Positions 1 to 12,878 of a stretch of DNA of 64,000 nucleotides are shown in pieces. The DNA is from Neoconidiobolus thromboides FSU 785 (taxonomy: Eukaryota; Fungi; Entomophthoromycota), in NCBI GenBank assembly GCA_025603075.1, contig MU626265.1:124001-188000 (forward strand), given 5' to 3'. Numbering within the stretch: position 1 is the first letter of the stretch; each line of letters opens with the position of its first letter. The position numbers and the translations under genes were made by a program. The notes under the pieces were generated by a model. That model worked only from the letters and a program-made list of their open reading frames with translations. It was not told the origin of the DNA and ran no database searches.

Positions 1-510
1 TAAACGATATACTCAAATCCAATCAGAGACTTAAATATGAATCCATCACAGATAAAAATGAGGTATAAGCCTTATAAGTAAGGAAATAGGCCTATTCCAC
101 TAAGGGATTCTAATCGTAGAGGTCCTTCAAAATCACATATTATGAAATATGATTCGAATTATCGTCAAGGGTTGAAACTTCTTCCAAGAAGTAATACTCA
201 TCGAAGCTACTCAGAGCCTAATGATAGAGGATATGAATGCCTTTATAGGAACAATAATAATGAACTTGGTTTTCGTTCGAGAAATAATGATATGGGTTAA
301 CATGAGCAACAATATAGTTCTCAACAAGGCATTAATTCTTCAACTTAAAGATAAATGGTTAATGAATAAGTGCAATTTGATATTAGTAAAGAAAATGCAG
401 CAGAATATTCGGATATTACACCGGCTTCTGAAATGAACTATGATGATCAAGTGAGTTTATAATGTGAAGCTAAAAGGGAATTTACATAACTTGAAGAGTA
501 AAGGCATTTG
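1..510 (+). pseudogene. Decayed low-complexity (R/S/N/Q-rich) reading frame, possibly TE gag-like; continues off the window edge
   Basis: One frame (codon 1 at base 1) reads as plausible protein (NPSQIKMRYKPYK*GNRPIPLRDSNRRGPSKSH...) with a 72-codon open stretch at 82-297; stops at 1, 79, 298, 346, 352, 367 and 460 are all TAA. Confidence 0.4.
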
Positions 511-532
511 AAAAGTTGAAAATAGATGATAT

Positions 533-631
533 GGGGATGTATTTTTTTGTCTAAGAACTTTACTAACAACCTTTCTGCTCAAATAGCGCTTAAAAAATGG
601 AGAAAGTAATGAAATCAAAAAAAACATCCCC
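533..631 (+). mobile_element. MITE copy (~98-bp family)
   Basis: GGGGATGT...ACATCCCC ends, TSD ATAT/ATAT. Confidence 0.9.
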
Positions 632-727
632 ATATGCTAAATAATCCAATTTGTGTTTTTTTATTGTTTTTTCGATATCATACTATTCTACATATTTTAA
701 TTTTTTATAATAAATGCCAATTTACAT

Positions 728-820
728 GGACATGTCTTTTATTATTAAGAATTTTACAAACGATTTTTCCACTTAATAACGCTTAATGGAAAAATAAATG
801 AAACTAAAAAATACACCTTC
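728..820 (+). mobile_element. MITE copy, degenerate
   Basis: Core TAAGAATTTTAC..TTTTTCCACTTAATAACGCTTAA; flanks ACAT/ATAT. Confidence 0.7.
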
Positions 821-915
821 ATATATTAAACTTAAAAATAAATAAAAATGACAATACTCAATTTAAAATACCTTCCATAACCTTTAATTTTCTATAAAAA
901 TCCTCCACTTTCAAT

Positions 916-1377
916 CTAATTATCTTTCTTCTTCAATCCCTCCTTCCTTTTTGCCTCCTCCTCTTTGACTCTATTAATCTTAGTTTGTGATTGATATTCC
1001 CAAATAATGTTCCCTGGAGTTTCTGTAGGGACTTTCATTTGTTTTGGGAACAACTCACCCATCCACTGTTTTTGACTATCTTCAAATAGTTTTGGACTCA
1101 ATTCTTTTAATTTTTCGGCTGCTTCAACCATTCTATTATATTTAATTGCTAACTTCTCCTTTTGTTTTTTGGAAACTTCAGCAGTATAAACGGACCATGC
1201 TTTATTAAGGACGGATTCTTGGGATTCAATGGAAGAGTCGGAGGGTTCACTAGGACGTAATGGGGCATCGAATAAGGCGCGACGGATAACATCATTTCTA
1301 GAATCACCACCTAAGGCATGACCTTTGGAAGGGGTAGCGTAAAATCTTTTGGTTATATTGAGGAGAGTTCTTTTCAT
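916..1377 (-). CDS. MRPL40: Mitochondrial ribosomal protein mL40 (yeast MrpL28 family)
   Basis: Basic N-terminal presequence, IRRALFD, AWSVY..E helix and PTETPG..WEY C-terminal motif typical of mL40. Confidence 0.75.
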   Translation of the reverse strand: MKRTLLNITKRFYATPSKGHALGGDSRNDVIRRALFDAPLRPSEPSDSSIESQESVLNKAWSVYTAEVSKKQKEKLAIKYNRMVEAAEKLKELSPKLFEDSQKQWMGELFPKQMKVPTETPGNIIWEYQSQTKINRVKEEEAKRKEGLKKKDN

Positions 1378-2032
1378 TATTTTTTAGTTTAAAGATTGAA
1401 ATTCGAAATTTGAAAATGGAATTGAAGTTATTTAATTTTTTAAATTGTAAATTTTCTAATGGCTGAAATTTTTGCAAATGAGATTGCAGCTTCTTGGCTT
1501 TAAAAAGTGGAAGGTGGAGTGCTAAAAACTAGTGATAATGGGTTATAAGAGTAATTATACTTTGACGCTTTTTTTATCTTTTGATTATTACTTATAGATA
1601 TTGTTTTTAAGAGTTAATAATATTTTGACATAAATATTGAATGCTTATTCATTAGTGAATCAAGTATTTTAAATGAGCAATCTGGCTACATAAAAGAACA
1701 TTAGATTAATAGAGATGAAGGAGTAAAATAGAATAAGGAAAATAATAATAGTGTAAATAGTAACAGTTGCTAATATGGCCAATAACTCTTTTATTTAAAG
1801 CTTTTTTAACTTGTTAAATCATTATAAAGCAATGTCAATACGTATATTCTAAATAGTTTAACTATTTACAATAATTTAATTAAAAATAGAAAGATTTTGA
1901 CGAAAACAATATAAAAGAAGACATTATAATATAAATTAATACAACGGCCATCTACCTATTTATTGTTAAAAAAACAAAATAAACAGTTATTGATTTAAAA
2001 TTCTACTAAAACACTATTATAAACACAATAAA

Positions 2033-2985
2033 TTAAATTAACCTATCCGTTTCATCATCTCCTTCATCAATAGTTTTACCAAACCTTCTACCATTATTAC
2101 GAGCTGCTCTTCTATTGGGATTTGAAAATCCAAACTTAACATTTTTGGAATTACCTTGATTTAATAATCCACTTGACTCGGATAAATCCTCTTCTTCATC
2201 AGATAGAATCTCAATACTTGAATTGTTACTATTAAAATGAGCTGAATAAGCATTAAATAAATTATTAATTCGATTATCAACATTTTCTCTTAATGGTGGC
2301 ATGGTACTATATCTATTAGTTGAAGTGGTAGTCTGTCGGGTGGAGGTGAGTGGAGTGGGTTGAGCTGGTAATGCGCCTGCCATACGAAACTGCTCCATTC
2401 CTCTTTGTTGGATTTCTGGATTTATAAGGCTGTTATTTAGCCCATGGTATATTTTCTCAATAGCTAAATTGTATGCTTTTAGTAAATAGGAGTATACCAA
2501 AGTATAATAAAAATTGAAAATATCGATGATTCTCTTTTGATAAAGAATAATGGCTTCATCGATTCTTTTTTCTCGTCTCTTTAAATATACGCTGATATAT
2601 TTTTCATAGAGATTCGATACTCCATTGCTGGAGGGAAGAGTAATATACAATAACATGACGATTTTTAACTCGTAATATAAGGGAAACCTAAACAAAAGAT
2701 TACAATTAAAAATTATTATCAAATTTTAGTCGACTTACCAGAAAATTAACGTGTCTCCAATATATTGTAGAAAATTAAAACAAGCCATAACAACAAATAA
2801 CTTTAAATAATATTCATAAGTTTCAAAAGGAATTTGGCGATCTTTAATCTTTAGTAATTTGTATAATTTATACGCTGGATATAGATTGCCTAGAAATAAA
2901 CTGTTGGAGTTTAGAAGGATTAGTTGGTTCCATGAAGGAAAGCAGTTGATACTTACTTGATTAGATTACATATAAATTGATACAT
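2033..2985 (-). CDS. TB2/DP1/HVA22 (REEP1-4-like) ER-shaping protein, 3 exons
   Basis: Spliced MYQFICNLINLFLGNLYPAYKLYK...IFW|FPLYYELKIVMLLYITLPSSNG; intron 2738-2688 is GTAAG..TTTAG; ATG at 2985. Confidence 0.85.
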
Positions 2986-3218
2986 TTTTTAAAATAAATA
3001 TTCTAAAAAAATTTAAAAAGTTTGAGTTTATTTTTTAATTTAATTTTTTATTTTTATTGTTAAATGAGATCACTAAAGTTTGGATTCTCTTAGTTAAGTA
3101 ATAGAAGCTTAAATCTAAATCCAAGTGGAGTTAATTAAAAATAGTAATAGTGGTATTTAAGAAGGAAGTATAATTTATTATATATAAAAAATGAACTAAA
3201 AATAATGGGATAATATTC

Positions 3219-4631
3219 TTAATATTTTGAAGTTTTTTGATAAACTCTAATATAATCAATGATATAAGATTGCTTCCAAGTTTTATAATCTTCATTTGGA
3301 TTATATTTAGCACCTGAAAAGAAAGTACCACCTACAGCTAAATTTAATAACATAATAAAATCTTGATCCCAAGGTTGACCTAGTTTTGTGTAAGGTGTAT
3401 TGTTATGCAATAAAGGAGATGTCCAATTTCTATTAGTTTCTAATTGATATGTGAATCGATTATTAACATAAAATTTAATACTGTTTTCATTCCAATCTAA
3501 ACCATAAATATTAAATTCATTAGCTAATCCTTCTTGAACATATTGTAAATTAGAGTAAACGTTATTTGGCCATTGTCCACCATAATGAATAGCATGACCA
3601 ATTTCATTTGGTTTTTGTCCACGTGATTCCATTATATCAAATTCACCAGATGCTGCCCAAGTACCATATTTATAATTGGAAGGTAACATCCAAAAAGCTG
3701 GCCATAGAAAATTACCGATGGGTATTTTAGCTTTCATTTCAAATCTTCCATATTTCCATTTACCACCTTGATCCGCTCTAGTATGGATTCTTGCGGATCT
3801 TACTGCTTTTCTATTTGTACAAGCCCCACGTGCAATAGAATCTGGATCTGCGTTGCATTTATCATAGGGCATTAAAGCATACCCTTCAGGGGCTCTTATT
3901 GCTGTCATGATTAAATTTCCATCCTGTACTTTTAAAACATCATCATGAGCTACATAGCATTGTTCTTCATCATTGCCACCACCCAAACAATTCACTTCAA
4001 ATTCCCATTTATTTAAATCTAATTTATTGCCATCAAATTCATCATTCCATACTAATTTATAATTTGAGGGTAAAGGAGGACTTTCTACTATGCCTTCTTC
4101 CGATTTTATAGGGTAATCTGAGGTACTATTAGTAGTATTTTTACCACTATTGGTACTAGTACTGTTGCTATTAGCAGTGCCACTTTCAGTAATCATATCT
4201 TCTTTACCCTCCTCTGTTTCCGTTGATGTACTATTATTGTTATTGCCAGCCTCATAACCTTTACTACCCTTAGAACATTCATCTTCCTCTAACCACTCAT
4301 AATAGAAATCTTTATCTAATATATAACCACTCTTCCTTTGATTACAATTTTCAAATAGTGGGACAAATTTAAAATTACTAGTATCAGTATCATTTTTCAT
4401 TCCGTTTTTAGATGCTTCTTTAGTACCACTTTTCATTGTAGTTACATACGCTCGATTACCACTTTTCCCTATTCCTAAACCATAGGCAGGGACTAATACC
4501 CTTTTATCCTCAATAGTTTGGTTTTTAGCTTTTGTTGAAGCATTCGTAGTATTGTTTTGCAATGATTGTACTTGGGTTATTAATTGAATCAATTTAGGCA
4601 CAGAAGGTATTTTCCAGTTAGACGTACTCAT
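3219..4631 (-). CDS. GH16 beta-1,3-glucanase (laminarinase/bGRP-like) with uncharacterised N-terminal extension
   Basis: LVWNDEFDG, WPAFWMLP, catalytic GEFDIME (ExDxxE), PWDQDFIMLLNLAVGG; intronless. Confidence 0.9.
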   Translation of the reverse strand: MSTSNWKIPSVPKLIQLITQVQSLQNNTTNASTKAKNQTIEDKRVLVPAYGLGIGKSGNRAYVTTMKSGTKEASKNGMKNDTDTSNFKFVPLFENCNQRKSGYILDKDFYYEWLEEDECSKGSKGYEAGNNNNSTSTETEEGKEDMITESGTANSNSTSTNSGKNTTNSTSDYPIKSEEGIVESPPLPSNYKLVWNDEFDGNKLDLNKWEFEVNCLGGGNDEEQCYVAHDDVLKVQDGNLIMTAIRAPEGYALMPYDKCNADPDSIARGACTNRKAVRSARIHTRADQGGKWKYGRFEMKAKIPIGNFLWPAFWMLPSNYKYGTWAASGEFDIMESRGQKPNEIGHAIHYGGQWPNNVYSNLQYVQEGLANEFNIYGLDWNENSIKFYVNNRFTYQLETNRNWTSPLLHNNTPYTKLGQPWDQDFIMLLNLAVGGTFFSGAKYNPNEDYKTWKQSYIIDYIRVYQKTSKY

Positions 4632-5755
4632 TGTCCTTTATGAGATCTAAAGCAAATGAACTTAAGTTTATGATTATAAAGTTTAGGGATTTAGTTTATA
4701 TATAATTTTGATTTTTTACATTTTACTCTTCAAATATTTGAATCGTTTGGGTTGATTCAGTCAAGTTTAATGAATTTCTCAAATTTTATTGGTTCCTCTT
4801 TTTACGCTAAAAATTGATAAATTGAGTGACTTTATTTTTTCTCACTTGATCGTTTGGATGCTTTTGTTACATTTTAAAAACAATAGTGGTTATAAAGATA
4901 AATATAAACATAATTCTATTATCTATTTTAATATATTAAATTAAAAAGCAATTGATGATGTTTCATAATAATCTATATTATTACTCTTTTTTTCTTAAAT
5001 TTAGTAAATTTAGACTAAAAAAATATAAAATTATTAAAATATAAATTCAAATACTAATTTTAATAATATCTTAAATGCTATATTGCTTTATTATCTTTAA
5101 TTTAGAAAGGTAATCATCATCCTTATTAACATGTCTTCTCATTCACCAATATTTCAGAGATTACCTGCGTTAAAATAATCCAATTTAAAGAAGTAGGCTC
5201 TAATTTATAACAATCATATAAATAAGAAAATTCTGACTTTAAACAATTTTTAAATTTAAAACTTAGATTAACTAATAAAAGGATGTTGGAAAAGTTATAA
5301 AGAAATTTGGGGTCTAACAAATGTTTTTTAATAGCCATTTTCCGTTTCTTATGTCGAAAAATTGAACACAATATTAACTTTTAAGTAAAGCCTGTCTACT
5401 TTTCATGACATATTTAGTTGATTTTACTAATAAATATTGCATATACTTTATATATAGCTTGGAATGCTATGTGTAATTTAATGTCACCATTCTATCTAGA
5501 AAAATAACTAAAATGAAAAATACGAAACTGTTTATCAGCATATTTGTTCATATTGAAGAAACTGACAAGAGCCAGAATAATTATACTTAATAAAATCAGG
5601 ACCAAGGTAAGCTTTATCGCTATTCGACTTTGTAGGAGTATCTTAAAATTAATCAATAACTTAATAGAATCTTTACCATGCTTTAAAGTAAGTCAAATAT
5701 CAAAGTTAGCTAATAAAGATTTGATAGCAAATTTAGTTAAATTATTAATACATAT

Positions 5756-5846
5756 GGGGATGTATTTAAGAATTTCACTAACAATTTTTCCACTCAAATA
5801 GCATTTAAAAGATAGAAAAAGTAATGAAGCCAAAAAAAACACCCTC
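5756..5846 (+). mobile_element. MITE copy with small deletion
   Basis: GGGGATGT..ACACCCTC; flanks ATAT/GTAT. Confidence 0.85.
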
Positions 5847-6182
5847 GTATATATACTTTAGGTGCAACTTCTTTATTTTTTCATCTAAAGCTCTCTTCGG
5901 AATAAAAGGTAGCATCAATATTAAAATCATTTTTTATTGGTACATTTATATCCCCTTAAATATTACTAATTGGGGAAAAATTATCACTATTGAAATAATT
6001 ATAAGCTAAGAGAAGAGATTTAAAGATCTATTTGAGTTATACTCTTATGACTGCTTTTTATGATGAATTATATTGATATTTCTTTTCTCTACATATATCA
6101 TCAATATACGAAATTGCTCTAGAACACTTATAAATAGTTTAAAAAATTAATAATATAATACTATTAACTTATATAACCATTT

Positions 6183-6280
6183 GGGGCTGTATTTTTTTGT
6201 TTGAAAGTTTTACTAACAAACTTTCCGCTTAAATAGCGCTTAAAAATGGAAAAAATAATGAAGTCAAAAAAAACACTCCC
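6183..6280 (+). mobile_element. MITE copy
   Basis: TSD ATTT/ATTT. Confidence 0.9.
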
Positions 6281-7271
6281 ATTTGTTTATAATTTTGATA
6301 TGTATAAAGGTTTTTTAAAGATTCCTTACATATTTTAATGCAACTTGGAAAATGATCGGAAGCTTTCAAAGGTCTTTTGTATTATAACCATCTTTTTGAA
6401 CATATAAACAATAGCCTTTCACAGTTTTTCTTTTAATTATTAATATAAACTCAATCGTTTACTTCAAGGACATTTAAAAAAACTATAAAGAACGTTACTT
6501 GATTCCCACAGAATACTTGATTACATCATTTAACTTTTTTATTCTTTTGAAAGGCCTATAGTCCAAGTATTCTAATTACTATGCAGTTTTAATATCATGT
6601 CAAAACGTAGTAAAAATAAAGTTATTATACAAACTTAAGAATAAAAATCCAAAAAATCGATAGTTGATTTTATTAAGTTAAAAAATGTACATGCTACTGT
6701 GCAACAACCTAAAAGAAATAGTCGAAAAGTAGCTGCTTCAAACTATTTTAATACTAAACTGTAGTAAAGTAAAAGTATTTCTATTATAATTTAAAGTGAA
6801 ATTAAATGTTACTCTTGGGTACAGTTATTAAATACTTTGATTTTTTGTATGTTATTTTAGCAATTAAGAGTATTTAAAAATCGCTATAAATAAGTGCCTA
6901 GCCTGCTCACCTATTTAGATGACTTTTACCCGTCTAAAACCTTAGAACCTATTTAAGTTTTAGATGGGTAAAGGCTGTCTATATATCAGTTGAATTGTCG
7001 GTTGATCATTATTATCCAGTTTTTTAAAAATTAGACCAGGAATTCAGCATACACAGTTAGAGATATGTATAACAGATATTTAAAAAAACAATAATTCAAT
7101 GTTACTATGAAAATTCTGGCCAATAAAGACAAAAAATTAAACCAATCAACTAATTAATCGGCTTTTATAAAAGTAAACTGTGAAATTAATTTGTAACAGA
7201 AGGGGTTAAAAGTTAGACTAGAGTTAGATGTTTTTCGCTTCTCTGGATTTAAATTTCAAAAATCAACATAT

Positions 7272-7368
7272 GGGGTTGTTTTTTTGGCTTCATTACTTTT
7301 TCTATCTTTTAAATGTTATTTGAGTGGAAAGATTGTAGTAAAATCCTTAAACAAAAAAACATATCCCC
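7272..7368 (-). mobile_element. MITE copy
   Basis: TSD ATAT/ATAT. Confidence 0.9.
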
Positions 7369-7614
7369 ATATAAATATTTTTTGCTTCAGTACTTTATCC
7401 ATTATCTGTGTAACGAAGATTTTTCTAGTTAAATATTAGTATAAAATATTTACATATGACTGTTTATAAATAAATGGGAAATGATTTTAATGTGAAAATG
7501 TCTTGTTTTAGTATTACTATTTTCTTTATTCTATATTGTATAAAATTAGACAAAGAAACGAAATTATATAAGACACTTAACATTTTATATAAATTGTTTT
7601 TTTACTTAGAATTT

Positions 7615-7712
7615 GAGGATGTTTTTTTTGGCTTTATTACTTTTTCTATCTTTTAAGTACATTTGAGCGGAAAAGTTATTAGTAAAATCCTTAAATACAA
7701 AAATACATCCCC
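7615..7712 (-). mobile_element. MITE copy
   Basis: TSD ATTT/ATTT. Confidence 0.9.
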
Positions 7713-8489
7713 ATTTGTTAAAACTGTTTTTTTAACATTTAGATGAAAGTAGTTAAACATTCTCTACATTTTTGTACTAAGCTTTAGACTCACTATAAAC
7801 GGACGTAGTGAGTCTCTTTTCATAGTTAAACCAACACTCAGCTATACGTTTTATAAAAAACAGCATATAAAATTCGATTTGATATTAACCCACTTATAAA
7901 TAATTACTAGTATCAGAGTAAGGTCTGGAATTCATTAGTAACCTCTTTAATGCTAATTTAGATGGTTTCAAGTCATTATCGCAGTCAAGAATGATGGGTG
8001 TTATTATTTTCTATAAATTTTTATAAAATTCATTTCGTTTTATAATTAAGTGCCAATCGAAAAAACATTAAGAAAATTGAAAGTTTAACTAGCCTGTATA
8101 TGGCAAAGGTAAGTTAGAGTTAGTGAAGATTAAGAAAAAGTTTATTTTTTAACTAGTTGAGGGAGAGCTAATCAGTCTCTTTCAACTTGTTGTCTAAAAA
8201 TTGACTTTTTATCAAAAAGAATAGAAACTCACAAAAGGGTTCCTAATATCCTTGACTGCGACTCAAGCCTTAAATAGCTTTTATATCTTGCTATTCAGAT
8301 AATTATGTCATAAGCCTAATTTCTAGAGACAAAATAATTGGCTTAATGAAGCAAGCATTATCTAAAATTTATAAATAATTGTTTATCTATCAACCTAATT
8401 AAACTAAAACATAATATTATAATCTAAAAGCAACAATAAATCTTGAAGTATAAAAAGAAGATATTAGACCTTAAGAAATAAACTAAAAA

Positions 8490-10072
8490 ATGATTTTATA
8501 TATTTTATTATCCTTTATACTTTTGTTTTCCTACTTTTGTTTCAAATTCCGTCCTAATAGAAATGTAGCCCAGCTACCTAGTGTAAATATATTCATGATA
8601 TTTTATCATATATTATGTGGAACCTCTGGACAGTTAATAGATAAACTTTTAATAAATCCTCTACTTTCGAAAAATCAATTTATAACCGTGTTCTTAGGTC
8701 GATGGTTTATATTAGTAAAAGACATGGATATCATCAAAAAAATACTCCTTGATGATACGGCTTTTGTTAAAATTAAACAGAATGAAATGATGTTTGATTT
8801 TGGATTAATAGAAGAAAATATTGCTGAAGTGGATAAAAAGAAGTGGAAAGTACATAAAAAAGTAGTTAATCCAGCATTTAAAAGGGGATGGGATTTAGAG
8901 ATTTTTATAACCGTGGCAAATAAAATTTGTGATAAAATCCAGAATGCCAGTGACCAAGAAATTGAAGTTATGGAAATTTTTAAAGCTGGTACCTTAGATA
9001 GCTTAGGGTTAGCTGTGTTTGATATCGATTTTAATACTATCAGTAATCAAGATAATGAGATGGCTTACTTATATAACAATCTCGTCAATGAAATCTTAAA
9101 CCCCTTGTTTTTTATGCTACCTTTTTTAAATCACTTTCCCTTTCCATCAAGAATGAAATTATATAGTGATGCTGCTAAGTTTCGTGGCCATATAAAAAGA
9201 CTGATTGATGACGAAAGAAAAAAATTGGCTGTATCTGGTAATAATGAAAAAGGTTCCAATCTGTTATCATTGATGATACAATCTTCTGATGAGGAATCGG
9301 AAGGACTTACTGATGAGTTGATTATAGTAATTACTGATTTCGTTTTAATATAACCCTTTTCTTATTTTTTACACTTTAGAATAATGCCATTGTGTTTTTT
9401 ATTGCTGGACATGACTCAACTGCCCACGCACTAAATTCAGTTACTTACTATTTAGCTAAGCATCCAGTAATATTAATTACATGAAAATAATTTCAATACT
9501 AATTAATAATTAATAACTAGGAAATCCAACAAAAACTGAGACAAAAAATAAAAGATGTACTAGGACCAAAAAATCCGTTAAAAGAGTTAAGTTCCAATCA
9601 TGCTATTTTAAATGAAATTGTTTATTTAGATGCTGTAATTTATGAAACTTTAAGATCCATTCCAGTAGCAAATACACTTACTCGTAAATCAAACCGACCA
9701 GTTACTTTAGAAAATAATCTAAGAATAGTCCCGAATCAATCCATCATGTTACATATAGGACTTGCAATGAAGGATCCAACTTTATTTAAAAACCCAGAAG
9801 AATTTCAACCCGAACGTTTTTTAATTGTTGAAGATAATCAAACTAAAATTGATAAAAAAATGACCAACTTGTTACTTACTTTTGGTTATGGTACTAGAAT
9901 GTGTATAGGCAATCAGCTCTCTTTGTTGGAGCAAAAAGTGTTTTTGATTGCTTTATTATCAAAGTTTAATATATCCTTACCTGAAAATTCACCACATCAT
10001 GACTATCCTGTTTTACCTCCAGTAGGTTTGTTTAGTCCTAAAGACCTAAAGGTTAAATTCACGAAGATCTGA
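8490..10072 (+). CDS. Cytochrome P450, paralog 1 (exons 8490-9326, 9380-9466, 9521-10072)
   Basis: I-helix AGHDST, ETLR (ExxR), FQPERF, heme FGYGTRMCIG; two phase-0 GT-AG introns give an intact frame. Confidence 0.95.
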
Positions 10073-11891
10073 ATGTATTTTATGAAACCCTACATCATTT
10101 GTTTTTGTATAATTTCTCATAACACCTGAATAAATGATTTAAACGTTAAATTTTTAATGTCATATTTTGATTATTTTAATAACTAATAGATATCAGATAA
10201 TTTTGTATATTTTCAGAATTATATTTTCATGTTGGATTTTTTTCAGAAGTACGTGCTTAATGCAGTGTTTATTTAAGAGAAAAAACGGCTATTAAGTAAT
10301 AAGCATTAGAAAATCTTAGAAGGAGATAAATACTTTAGAGTTGGTTGAAGTTTTTAGTCCAAACAACCCTATCTTAAGAGTCCTTTTACCCAATTTAGAT
10401 TTGTTCAATCTAAACGTAGTTAAAAAGAGTTGATTAATTAGAAAGTGTCTCCATTCGGAATTAAATAAGGAAATAAGGACTAGGTCACACTTTCCCCAAA
10501 TAGAATTTTGCAATAGTGTGTATAGACAATCTATATTACAGTTCATACTAATTCTTATGGTCTTGTTTTCAGAAATAATGCAAACAATTTAAGGTAAAGG
10601 TACAACTATCTCTATATAATTATCACCCATTTAAAATTCTAATCATCTTTGCTTTTAAACAATATATTTAAATGTTCTTTGTTTGATCATTAAATGTTTT
10701 TGTTTGTTACTTTTAGTGTCATTTATTCTATAAATTGGTATAAATGCCAGCTAGTCTAATTCTTTCTTATTAATAATAAATTTCTTATAATCAAAATCAT
10801 AAAGTCAAATAGCTAAGATGAGTAAATAAAGCCATATATTTATTCTTTACATTGTCATAATACTTATAAACAGCTTTAAATTGATTATGAATAATTTCAA
10901 CTCTTATAAGCATTTATTAATAAAATTGACGCATATTATAGACCTACTTTATTCAATTTATAAGTGATATTTCTATAAAATTTATTTTTATAAAATTAAC
11001 AAAATCTTAAATAAAAACACTTAAAAAAACAAAAAAGATATAAACATATGGGGTTGTCTGAATTAGTTTCATTATTTTATCCAATTTTTGAAAAATTTTG
11101 TATTTTAAACTTCGCTTAAAATTCTATAAAATCATATCTTTTATTAAAACAAAAGTACCCAGACACAGTTCTAAATGATTTTATTATAGTTCATACTGTA
11201 AGTTAGTTGAATTTCTACTAGATCTTAAATACATAGTCTTATAAAGCTTAATTGAGAAATATTTATTATCAACTGCTTTATAACCAACATTGTAGATTTG
11301 TTATCAAATAAATAAACTATTTTAATGTTATAATTACATTATGAATATATTGTCAAGTTAATAAATAGCTGCATGGAAGGAAGTGATTAGCCCCAAAACT
11401 ATAATTAACTATCCCTATATAGTACAATAATAGTTTTTACATATTATTGCAGTTACTTGTTCTTTGACTATTTATTAACTTAGCTATTAATAACTTAAGT
11501 AATCTTAACATTTAACAATCTATTTCTATCATTCAACAAACTACTTACTTGCTTAGTAAATATCGAAAATTTGAAATTCTCTGTTATCTTCGCAAGGTAA
11601 GCTGGGATCGATCTTTTAATTTTTCTATTTTCTATAGACTCTATAATTCTAATTGGAACTATATCGCTCTTTTTTGATGTATCAGATACTGGATAACAAT
11701 GTAGTTTATTGTTATGTTTAATAAAATGTAAATATTCTTAATGCCCTGTATCTCTATTATTCTTTTTGTATTTTTTTTTGTTTCATACTTTTTAAAAATT
11801 ATATCTATTTTCCCATTATTAACAGTCGAGTTATTAATTCTGTTATGCTCACAAATAAAAACCTCAAATCTTGAAATTAATTGATTGATAT

Positions 11892-11989
11892 GGGGATGTA
11901 TTTTTTTGTTTAAGAATTTTACTAACAGTTTTCCCACTCAAATAGTGCTTAAAAAAGGGAAAAATAATGAAACCAAAAAAAACAGCCCC
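11892..11989 (+). mobile_element. MITE copy inserted in the transposase
   Basis: TSD ATAT/ATAT; empty site restores GAA CAT ATC AAT CAA (EHINQ). Confidence 0.95.
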
Positions 11990-12414
11990 ATATGTTCTAT
12001 TTTACCTAACGCTTCAAAACTACTTTTCCATTTTGAAAGGTTTCCAAAATGTCCATCAACTATACTTTTTCCATGATGCTCAGCAAAAAAATTAAGACTA
12101 ACATCCAAACTACTATTTATTTTATGAATTTCTTTAAACATATAATGTAAAAACTCTTGGGATCTAAAATGATTTCCTGTATCTGCCCATATATTAATTT
12201 TTGTAAACTTTTTAAATAGAAGCTCTGTAGAGATCAAATCAATTAAACAATCTCCTGCATATGCTGAATCATGATTCAATATTTCAGATAAATAATCAAA
12301 GTAAACTTTGCCTATTGTTTTATCATCTTTTAAATATAAAACACCAAAGCCTAATACTAATATAGCTTGTTTATTATAATGATCTAGATTTATTGAATCC
12401 GGTCTTGTTCCTAT

Positions 12415-12878
12415 TGTGAAATATCGCTTTGTCAGTCCCAGAGTTAATATAGCATAACAATCGCCTAAGCTGTTGTGTTCTCGAGTTCAGAGAAAATCAA
12501 TCCCACATTCTTATTTTGATTTGCTATGAGAATTTCTAGCTCTATCCCAAAGAACATTATCTTCTCATTTTGATACTTATACTTTTCAGAGTATAAAAGA
12601 GTTTACAGAGTATAGTAGTTTGAGGCTTTTTAACTGAGTTATTTCTTGATATCTCGAACATTTAATAAAGCCACTAAGTTCTCTTAATAATATTTTACAT
12701 ATATTTTTACATTAGTATTGTCTATTCTATTTGTTTTATATAGCTTATAACCTATTACGTGGTATTCTTCATAATCCAAGTCTACCGTAGTCACATAAAC
12801 TAAGACCTTTCGACTTATAGTGTAGTCAACCCAGCAATAACTGTTCTTGACTCCAAACCCTGAGTACCAGATTTCACA
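12415..12878 (-). mobile_element. Solo LTR (464 bp) inserted in the transposase
   Basis: TGTGAAAT...ATTTCACA ends, TSD CTAT/CTAT; empty site restores ATG GAA ATA GGA ACA. Confidence 0.9.

Noticed and set aside
1-510. TAA-to-Gln genetic-code reassignment
   Set aside because: Conserved genes here (HSP70, CDC42, VMA7, BUD31) end at TAA exactly at their expected C-termini
10316-10620. Possible third P450 fragment on the minus strand (LLQNSIWGK..)
   Set aside because: No ExxR, PERF or heme Cys motif; resemblance too weak
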